Origin: Octopus sinensis
Taxonomy: Eukaryota
DNA length: 18,463 nucleotides
Assembly: GCF_006345805.1 (NCBI RefSeq)
Contig: NW_021824507.1
Span: 1 to 18,463 of the forward strand
Reading direction: 5' to 3'
The notes beneath the pieces were generated by a model. That model was given only the letters and a program-made list of their open reading frames with translations, was not told the origin of the DNA and made no database searches. A program made the position numbers and the translations under genes. This document shows positions 9,978 to 18,463 of the stretch, one piece after another. Numbering within the stretch: position 1 is the stretch's first letter; each line of letters opens with the position of its first letter.

Positions 9978-10194
9978 CTAAGGCGACAAGCTGGCAAGAT
10001 CGTTAGCACGCCGGGAAAAATGCTTTGCGGCATTTCGTCCGTCTTTACGTTCTGAGTTCAAATTACGCCGTGGTCGACTTTGCCTTTCATCCGTTTGAAG
10101 TCGATAAAATAAGTACTAGTTAAACACTGGGATCAATATAATTGACATAACCCCTCCCAAAAATTGCTGACATTGTGCTAAAATTCAAAACTAA
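9978..10194 (+). mobile_element. SINE family B, full length, older tail type
   Basis: Starts (C)TAAGGCGACAAGCTGG. Candidate 12-bp TSD TATTCC(T/A)AGAAA at 9966-9977 and 10195-10206. Confidence 0.92.
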
Positions 10195-10902
10195 TATTCC
10201 AAGAAAGTATGTTAGAAATGAATAAAAGACGATTACATGTCTGCTCAACATAATATTTGTGCCAAAATTACAAGTCAATACTTTTACAACCCAATAAATT
10301 GAAACTCTCGCTCATTGCTGTCTTGACATTGGCAGTTATGCTCTCACGTGATGTTGGTAAGACATCACTGAAACATGCCTTACAGTGTTAATAGAACTAT
10401 AACCGCTCTCTGAATTTCTGGTTGCCACCAACTATAACTGCTTACTGTTGTAGGTATATATGTCATCAGTTATAAACATTAGGTTTGGCTGCGTTTTGAC
10501 AGGTTACAGGTTATGATCGTTCATATAGATTTGAGTATGATTATATATATATATAATGTATATACCTATAGGTAAACGTCGCTGTGTCTCAATGACTTAG
10601 TTGCGAGAAGGCGTTTGGAGGTGTATGCAGAACGCATATATATAATATAAACTCTTAGCAGTGTTCGGCATGTATGTTGAAGAAAACCAACATTTCACTA
10701 GCACGGTTTAAATAGGATAAGAAAGTGTGTTCGATAGCAAGATGAAAATATCAGTGGAAGTAAATTTAAGAAGTCAGGTTTGTTCTGGAAATGTTATTTA
10801 GTTTCATCATACTGGGTTGACTGTATTTTCTCATGTTGACAAAGGCTTGAGACTATATCTCCGTAGGGGTGCATGCAAATTAATCTTAAACTAATTCTTT
10901 TC

Positions 10903-11917
10903 GGATCTATTCAGTTTCAATCACAGATTTTTAATTAATCTTTTTAACTAAACAGTTTGAAACTTCGAATACTGGTAGAATTTCTCACAGAGAACACGGT
11001 TTACTCTGAACGTTTTTGACAAAATTTCCTATTTTAGAAGTTATTTTGTGTTAAATTTGTCGTATTTGTGTGATTTCAACCAATCAACGACGTGTATTCG
11101 GTTGAAGAAAGCTCAATAGTACTCAAACAGGAACAACTTCCGGGTCATTTCTACTAAATATCACCACTCTGTTCAAAGCATCAACACCAGAAGGAAGAAA
11201 TATTATTTACATATATTTATTTGTTTGTTCGACATCGGTGTTTAAAAGACCTATCGAGCAACTAATCCGCAACTAACTTTTTCTGCTGTTGACGTATATG
11301 TAGTTTCAAAATGCCTTATTTTACAACTATGAGATGTATTGTTATTGCCATGATTTTATCTTACCATAATTAACATCAAAGACATTTCTTCAATATAAAA
11401 GTATTTATTAGATAAAAAAAATAATAACATTATCAAAACATGAAGGTAAAACAAAACAAATAGCGGCTTTTACACCTGGAAATACCGTAATCGTAGTGGC
11501 AGTGACAAGTTCGCTCGCTGGCTGCTAGTTGAAAGTGTAGAAGGGAGAGAAAAAGTAAGGAATACACGGTGCTTACTGGAAAGGAAGAAAAGATAAAGGT
11601 AGCATCGTCTTCGCTCGCCATACGAATAGATCAGAATGGTGATATTTAGTAGAGATAACCCGGAAGTTGTTCCTCTTCGATTACTATCGCAAGCAGGAGT
11701 AGCTTTCTTCAACCGAATACACGTCGTTGATTGGTTGAAATTACCCAAATACGACAACTTTAACACGAAATAACTTCTAATATGGGAAATTTTGTCAAAA
11801 ACGTTCGGAATAAACCGTGCTCTACGTGAGAAATTCTACCAGTATTCGAAGTTTTAAACTGTTTAGCTAAAAGCAAATTTGTTAAAAAAAACCCGTGATT
11901 GAAACTGAATAGATCCC
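10903..11917. mobile_element. Non-autonomous long-TIR (foldback, possibly Mutator-like) DNA transposon, ~1 kb
   Basis: 10903-11174 is the reverse complement of 11629-11916 along its length, with ends GGATCTATTCAGTTTCAATCAC / GTGATTGAAACTGAATAGATCC and a perfect ~40 bp match 11074-11113 vs 11701-11740. No clear TSD, so the superfamily is uncertain. Confidence 0.88.
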
Positions 11918-12815
11918 GTTTAGTACTATTCCATAGATCCCATTTTTCCTTATAAACATACGATGAGAGTTCGTACACATTATACAAAAAAGAAGAACGG
12001 ACTGAATTTAACACAAATCGTTTATTTATAGAAAGTAGTAAACATATAAATAGTGTATTCATCACGGAATAATCATGATAGAAAATTTTGTAGTACATAT
12101 ATATGAAGTAAACATTTTAAAGAGGCATCTGTCGCGAGAATGATGACAAGATAAATTTACTTAGCCAGTTCTTTAAACTACACTAACAGGGTGAGAATAG
12201 CATGCCATAAGGTCATGAAGAATGAACAATGCAAAATAGCAATGCAGAAATGAGCGACAAGGTCCCGTGCGGTAACGAAGTGTCGCTAAATAATATCCCC
12301 AAAATCTGGGTTTAAATAACTGCCGTAAACCCGATTCTAGACGCCTTTCCCCATTAAAAAGAACATCTTCACGGAAACTAGAATCGGTATATGAACAGTA
12401 AAATTGACCAATGAAAAAGCGTAAGACAGCCGACACGACTATTACGTTGTGCTGTTACTGCTAAAGTCTGTAACAGCTACTGAACATTATTGAATCGGAT
12501 TATATACAATAAAGCTAACTTTCTTTCATCCTCCTAAGGTCACCAGATAAAATACCAGTCTCAGGCTATAGACAGGCGGTACTATTAAAGCGTCGAAATG
12601 GATACCTTGTAACATTTGTTTTGGTCCTTTGCGTACTGAATCTTTGGATGGTAGGCATAATCTGTCGTCTGTTTTATATCCTTGAGTACCTCCAGTTTGA
12701 GGATTTTTAGATATGCTGTAAAGAGTTATGGTCACTGCCTTTCTTTTTAAGTAAGCGATACACCAAGGACATCATGTTACAGTATTAGTAAGACGTTTAT
12801 ATAGTAGATCTTCCA

Positions 12816-13028
12816 TAAGGGGGGCGAGCTGGTAGAAAGCACGCCGGGTAAAATGCTTCGCGGCATTTCGTCTGTCATTACGTTTTGAGTTCAAATTCTG
12901 CCGAGGTCGACTTGTCCTTGCATTCCTTTTTGGGTCGATAAAATAAGTACCAGTTGAGTACTGAGATCGATGTAATCGACTTAAACCTGCCCTTGAACTT
13001 GCTGGCCTCGTGCCAAAATTTGAAATCA
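12816..13028 (+). mobile_element. SINE family B, full length, older tail type
   Basis: Starts TAAGGGGGGCGAGCTGG. 17-bp TSD ATATAGTAGA(T/C)CTT(C/A)CA at 12799-12815 and 13029-13045 with 2 mismatches. Confidence 0.93.
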
Positions 13029-13351
13029 ATATAGTAGACCTTACAGAATCAATCAATAAAAAGTAAAAATATATAGTTGACTTTGGCGTTGAGTGCTCTT
13101 TGATCAGCTGAATTATTTGCTCAATGAATTAGCGCGTGACTGAATATTTACAGTCGTGTACTCTTAATATCACTTACAAACGTGCAGTCTTAGGTAGACT
13201 GTGAAACTGTGTCTGTGACATGATAGAACCTTTAAGTTAGAGAGGTACAGGCCTGTAGTTCACTTGATAGGATTACGCATAGTTCCCATCAACCCAATGT
13301 ACACTTACAAGGCCCGTGCTGGAGAAAGACTCTGGTTTAAGATACCATACA

Positions 13352-13585
13352 TATTTCTTTACTACCCACAAGGGGCTAAACACAGAGGGGACACACAAGG
13401 ACAGACACACGGATTAAGTCGATTACATCGACCCCAGTGCGTAACTGGTACTTATTTAATCGACCCCGAAAGGATGAAAGGCAAAGTCGACCTCGGCGGA
13501 ATTTGAACTCAGAACGTAACGGGAGACGAAATACGGCTTCGCATTTCGCCCGGCGTGCTAACGTTTCTGCCAGCTCGCCGCCTTA
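13352..13585 (-). mobile_element. SINE family B, full length, young tail type
   Basis: Perfect 14-bp TSD TAAGATACCATACA at 13338-13351 and 13586-13599; minus-strand start TAAGGCGGCGAGCTGGCAG. Confidence 0.96.
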
Positions 13586-13969
13586 TAAGATACCATACAG
13601 TCGGGTTGATGCCGGTACCTCATGATGTCAAGGCAAATTTTTTAACCATTTGGTCATACCTCGTTCACGTATCTCACGACTGGATGCAGTCTAAGGTTCT
13701 TGGGCACTGCCTTACCTCATGACAATAAGATGAAAACAAAAACAAAATACAAACAAATTACTGTTGACGTTTAAGATCATGTCAGTCTGATTCAACATAC
13801 ACGAGTGGGAGCTGAAACATTCTGGCCTTGCGTCAAAGAAAATACAGTTGGATCAGTTAATTATGATTTTACTCAACATATCGCCTTCTCAGATTCACAC
13901 ACTTTTTGCAGTGGTCCTCTTCTAAAAGAACTCGGAAGGTTGGGCGTCAAACCAGGCCTTTCGCGACAC

Positions 13970-14175
13970 CTTTAAAGCCAGGAACTTTACAGCACCCCTT
14001 CGTACATATAACCAAAGGCTTTCAACGCGTGTTCAGCCCATTTTATTTTTTTTTTTTTGTAAGGTGTAGTTCATATAAATCTACATTATCAAAATCGTGC
14101 ATACATCTTTTTCGAAGAAAGCAAAATGTCATTTGAGGGAGTCTTGACTGCAATTTCTTGCAGGTTGAGTGACAA
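13970..14175. mobile_element. Old interspersed repeat family C, copy 1
   Basis: ACCAAAGGCTTTCAACGCGTG and ATTTGAGGGAGTCTTGACTGCAATTTCTTGCAGGTTGAG match, in order, ACCAAAGATATGCCAGCCGTG and ATTTAGGAGCAGATTTAATTGCTAGTTCTTGCAGATCTAG at 16932-17065. Confidence 0.55.
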
Positions 14176-14270
14176 GTTGTTATTTTCTCACTGCTGTTGA
14201 TGTCAATGTTGCAGATATTGATGTTGCCGTACCTATCGATGTGGTAGTTTTTACTTATATTGCTGGCATT

Positions 14271-14505
14271 CTAGGGCGGCGAGCTGGCAGACACGTTAGC
14301 ACACTGGGTGAAATGCTTAGCGGTATTTCGTCTGTCGTTACGTTCTGAGTTCAAATTCCGCCGAGGTAAACTTTGCCTTTCATCCTTTTGGGGTCGATAA
14401 ATAAAGTACCAGTTTCGCACTGAGGTCGATGTAATCGACTTAAACCCTTCGTCTGTCCTTGTTTGTCCCCTCTATGTTTAGCCCCTTGTGGGCAATAAAG
14501 AAATA
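14271..14505 (+). mobile_element. SINE family B, full length, young tail type
   Basis: Perfect 15-bp TSD TATATTGCTGGCATT at 14256-14270 and 14506-14520. Confidence 0.96.
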
Positions 14506-14520
14506 TATATTGCTGGCATT

Positions 14521-15020
14521 GTTGTTGTTGTGGTTGGTTGTGGTGGTAGTGGTGGTGGTGGTGGTGTTGCTGTTGCTGCTACTGATACTGCTACAGTAGT
14601 AACGAGCAGTAAGCTTAATAGATGAGTGTATATATATGATTAAGTTGACAGCATCCTCGTTTCAATAACAGGCATTTCAAGTGAAATGGATTAATCCGAC
14701 TAAGAGAGATTAGTCAATTACAATAATAAAATGAGTATTAGAATGTACCGGCTCACCCCCTTATATTTGCGCATATCTTGTATGTGGCTTATGTTAACAT
14801 TGTTACAGTTGTACAGGTGGTTGTGATGGTGGTGGAGACGGCAAGAGCGGTGATGGTGGTGTGAATAGTTGTTGCGATGGTCGTGGTAATGATGGTGATG
14901 ATGGTGGTGGAGTCTGTGGTGATGATGATAATATTGGTGATGGTATTTATGGTGGTGGTAGCAGAGCCTAAAGTATTAATAGTGGCGTTGATGGTGTGGT
15001 GGAGATGGTGATAGTGAAGC
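14521..15020. repeat. Degenerate (GGT/GAT/GTT)n low-complexity tracts (14521-14600 and 14815-15020)
   Basis: Visible imperfect trinucleotide periodicity. Confidence 0.8.
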
Positions 15021-15025
15021 TGGTT

Positions 15026-15227
15026 GGAATCTTGTTAAAGTTCTTGCAACCACTTGAAGTAGTACAATTTTGCACCAGATTTTATTCAACTCTCAACACT
15101 TATTTTTTATTAATTTCTAGAAAAAGCATGCAATTTTTGTCATCAGCATGCAAAACTGTAATTTAAAAGAAATAATCTGGCGAAAATTTGAAATACTTTA
15201 ATGGTTGGAAGAAATTTAACACGATCC
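15026..15227. mobile_element. MITE, ~200 bp, with ~55 bp degenerate TIRs
   Basis: Left GGAATCTTGTTAAAGTTCTTGCAACCACTTGAAGTAGTACAATTTTGCACCAGATT vs reverse complement of right GGATCGTGTTAAATTTCTTCCAACCATTAAAGTATTTCAAATTTTCGCCAGATT. AT-rich interior; interrupts a GGT-rich tract. Confidence 0.8.
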
Positions 15228-15302
15228 GTGGCTATAGTGATGATGGTAATAATGGTGGTTGTGGTAGTGATGGCAGTGAGTGATCTAGTGATTTTGCTGT
15301 GG

Positions 15303-15385
15303 TTGTTTTGTTGTTTTGCTCCACGTCATCTCTAACCAAAGACATCTATGATCAGAAGGCATTCTACCCAGGGCATCTTGTGTTT
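15303..15385. mobile_element. Old repeat family C, partial copy
   Basis: TTGTTGTTTTGCTCCACGTCA...ATGATCAGAAGGCATTC resembles the start of 16887-16960. Confidence 0.4.
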
Positions 15386-15422
15386 GTTTGTTTGTTTTTT
15401 TTTTTTGGTCTTCTGATAGATA

Positions 15423-15831
15423 TCTCTTTTACTCTTTTACTCTTTTACTTGTTTCAGTCATTTGACTGCGGCCATGCTGGAGCACCGCCTTTAGTCGAGC
15501 AAATCGACCCCGGGACTTATTCTTTGTAAGTCCAGTACTTATTCTATCGGTCTCTTTTGCCGAACCGCTAGTTGACGGCGACGTAAACACACCAGCATCG
15601 GTTGTCAAGCAATGCTAGGGGGACAAACACAGACACACAAACATACACACACATACACATATATACATATATACAACGGGCTTCTTTCAGTTTCCGTCTA
15701 CCAAATCCACTCACAAGGCTTTGGTCGGCCCGAGGCTATAGTAGAAGACACTCGCCCAAGATGCCACGCAGTGGGACTGAAGCCGGAACCATATGGTTGG
15801 TAAGCAAGCTACTTACCACACAGCCACTCCT
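15423..15831 (-). mobile_element. SINE family A, full length
   Basis: Minus-strand start AGGAGTGGCTGTGTGGTAAG, short internal microsatellite at ~15640-15672, (GTAAAAGA)n tail; best-preserved family A copy. Confidence 0.93.
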
Positions 15832-15931
15832 AACTGAAATCATATCATTCAATGTATCTTTTTTGTTAAAAGAATTTCGTTAATTGTGGTGGTTGTGATG
15901 GTGTCCTAGTTGTTATTGTTCCATTTTATTT

Positions 15932-16022
15932 TCTCGACCTCGGTGAAATTTGAACTTAGAACATAAAGAGTTGGAACAAATAACGCAACGGATTTTGTCT
16001 GACACACTAACGATTCCGCCAA
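15932..16022 (-). mobile_element. SINE family B, diverged 5' fragment
   Basis: TCGACCTCGGTGAAATTTGAACTTAGAAC...CTAACGATTCCGCCA aligns to ~13488-13572. Confidence 0.75.
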
Positions 16023-16253
16023 TACAGAATAGTGTACGCAAAGAATTTTTTTTATTTATTGAAATGTCCCTCGTTGTTGAAGAAATGAAACAAAAGCCCA
16101 ACGGTAATTGCTAGTAGCGCTCTCAAAGAACAGTTGGAGACAATTTCCAGAAAAAAAATTAAGAATCAATCAGTTTTTATTTATAGAGTGAAGCACTTAT
16201 CTTTGTTTGGAGGCAAGGGGGTAGAAGTAGTGACAATGGTGATGAGTAGATTC

Positions 16254-16864
16254 TTTTCTCCTCTAGACACAAGGCCCGAAATTTGGTGGAAGAGGGCCAG
16301 TCGGTTAGATCGATCCCAGTCACTAACTGGTACTTAAGCTATCGACACCTCAAGGATGAAAGGCAATGTCAACCTCGTCGTAATTTGAACTCAGAACGTA
16401 AAGACAGGCGAAATATAGCTAAGCATTTCGCACGGCGTGCTAACGTATCTTATTTCTTTATTGCCCACAAGAGGCTAAGCATAGAGGGGACAAACAAGGA
16501 CAGACAAACGGATTAAGTCGATTACATCGACCCCAGTGCGTAACTGGTACTTAATTTATCGACCCCGAAAGGATGAAAGGTAAAGTCGACCTCGGCGGAA
16601 TTTGAACTCAGAACATAGAGACAGACGAAATATCTATTTCTTTACTACCCACAAGGAGCTAAACACAGAGAGGATAAACAAGGACAGAAAAACGGATTAA
16701 GTCGATTATATCGATCCCAGTGCGTAACTGGTACTTATTTAATCGACCCCGAAAGGATGAAAGGCAAAGTCGACCTCGGCGGAATTTGAACTCAGAACGT
16801 AACGGCAGACAAATCACCGCTCAGCATCTCGCCCGGCGTGCTAACATTTCTGCCAGCTCGCCGC
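16254..16864 (-). mobile_element. Head-to-tail trimer of SINE family B
   Basis: Full young copy 16864-16635, 5'-truncated young copy 16632-16451 and 5'-truncated old-tail copy 16445-16254, all on the minus strand with almost no spacer. Confidence 0.93.
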
Positions 16865-16886
16865 GTATCTGTTATTGCTTTTACTG

Positions 16887-17068
16887 CTGTTGTTGCTTAA
16901 CCCCAGGTCAACTACGATCAGGTATTTCGTTACCAAAGATATGCCAGCCGTGACCATCATGTCTTTATCGCGTTATGTAGCACTACCTTATGCAATGCCT
17001 TCCTTTCCTAAGATAGCCAGGGGTAATTTAGGAGCAGATTTAATTGCTAGTTCTTGCAGATCTAGCAA
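16887..17068. mobile_element. Old interspersed repeat family C, copy 2
   Basis: Colinear similarity with 13970-14175. Confidence 0.55.
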
Positions 17069-17115
17069 GTACGTCAAAGTACTCTGATTGGCTTATTATT
17101 GTTGTTAGAGTTGTT

Positions 17116-17314
17116 GCGATCGAGCTGACAGAATCGTTAGCACGTCGGACAAATGTATAGCCTCATTCTCTTCCGGGTCTTTTACGTTCTGAGTAAAAAC
17201 TCCGCCGAGGTTAATTTTGCCTTTCATACTTTCGGGGTCGATTAAGTAAAGTATTGGTCAAGTACTGCGTTCAATGCCCTTTCTTCTTCAAATCTTGACC
17301 TTGTAACAAATTTA
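17116..17314 (+). mobile_element. SINE family B, diverged, older tail type
   Basis: CGAGCTGACAGAATCGTTAGCACG..TACGTTCTGAGT..GCCTTTCATACTTTCGGGGTCGAT. Confidence 0.88.
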
Positions 17315-17935
17315 GTGGTGGTGGTGGTGGTGATGATGATGATGATGATGGTTGTAGTGGTGATAGTGGTGGTGGTGGTGGTGGTGGTGGTGGCGGTGAC
17401 GATGATGGTTTATGGTGGTGGTGGTGGTGATGATGATGATGATGATGATGATAGCGGTGGTGGTGATGGTGGTGATCACCGTGGTAGTGGTGGTGGTGGT
17501 GGTGATAGTAGTAGTGGTGACGGTGGTGGTGAGGTAGGTGGTGTTGGTGGCGTGGTGCCGGTTGATAATGCGCTGGTTTCTGTAGTGGTGAAGTGGCAGT
17601 AGTGTATTAGTTGTAACTGTGGTAGCGGTGGTAGTATGGCAGTAATGGGGTTGATGGTTATGATGGCGACCAAGTTTTGTGCTGACTGCCTATTCTGTTG
17701 TATTGATGATGATGACGACGACGACGTTGATGATGATGGTGATGACGACGACGACGACGATGATGATGATGATAGAGATGGTGGTGGTGGTGGTGGTGGT
17801 GGTGTTGGTGGTGGTATATAACGGTGAAGATATATAATGATGATGATGATGACGATGATGATGATGAAAACGACAAAACGACGAGAAAAACAATGAAGAC
17901 GACGATGACTGCAGCGTTAGAGTTGTTGGTGATGA

Positions 17936-17978
<43 letters not shown>

Positions 17979-18036
17979 CGTCGTCGTCGTGGTTGTCGAC
18001 GTCGTTGTCGTCGTCGTAGCAGTAGCAGTGGTGGTG

Positions 18037-18111
<75 letters not shown>

Positions 18112-18265
18112 ACAGCAGTACCAGTGGTAGCAGCAACAGCAATGACGACTACACCTATGACGACGACGATGATGCTAGTTTGAGGCGATAAAGATGATGC
18201 ATTATATTAATGATGATGATGATGGTGGTGACGACGACAACGACGATGATGATGATGATGATGAT
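17315..18265. repeat. Compound trinucleotide array (GGT, GAT, GAC, GTA, GTC)
   Basis: Successive blocks of trinucleotide repeats; produces the poly-V/D/G/H/L ORFs. Confidence 0.97.
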
Positions 18266-18463
18266 ATCACAGGTAAATATGATGGTTACCGTAAATTCCC
18301 AAATCGTTATCTGCTGTCATCATTATCTTTATTTTTATTGTTGATGTTATTATAGTTCTTGCTATTTCATTTAACTCGGTCGTTGCTGACTCTGCTGCTG
18401 CTGCTGCTGCTTTTCATGTTAACTCCGATTGAAGCGATAATCATGACAAATACGACTTTGATT

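Noticed and set aside
13085-13260. Possible further decayed interspersed repeat
   Set aside because: Only a vague recalled resemblance; no second copy in the window to support boundaries.
13264-13625. ORFs ending IDPERMKGKVDLGGI and RPRKDERQSRPRRNLNSE (also at 16283 and 16720)
   Set aside because: Antisense translations of SINE B; recurrence reflects the repeat, not a gene family.
16254-16864. CRISPR-like or satellite-like periodic repeat
   Set aside because: Units are ~180-230 bp SINE copies with no unique spacers; eukaryotic context.
17315-18183. Poly-V/D/G/H/L ORFs
   Set aside because: Trinucleotide repeat artefacts open in several frames on both strands.

Overview
Eukaryotic, AT-rich, repeat-dominated intronic or intergenic DNA. 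The SINE families look like those of octopus (cephalopod); this is inferred from recalled repeat sequences, not from a search. No intact protein-coding gene is supportable: nearly all listed ORFs are translations of microsatellites or repeats. Retroelements: two abundant tRNA-derived SINE families (A, with an internal microsatellite, 4 copies; B, about 10 copies, four with target-site duplications), a CR1-type LINE 3' fragment, a decayed R4/Dong-type RLE LINE, and a Penelope-like terminal fragment carrying a minimal hammerhead ribozyme motif. Other content: a third old repeat family, a ~1 kb long-TIR foldback DNA element, a ~200 bp MITE, many di/tri/tetranucleotide arrays, and one CpG-rich unique island (~7100-7670) with an RFX X-box and splice signals that may be a gene 5' region. 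Most interesting: the hammerhead motif, the RLE LINE sitting inside a (CATA)n tract within a split SINE, a two-hairpin module shared by both SINE families, and the long TIRs carrying promoter-like motifs.
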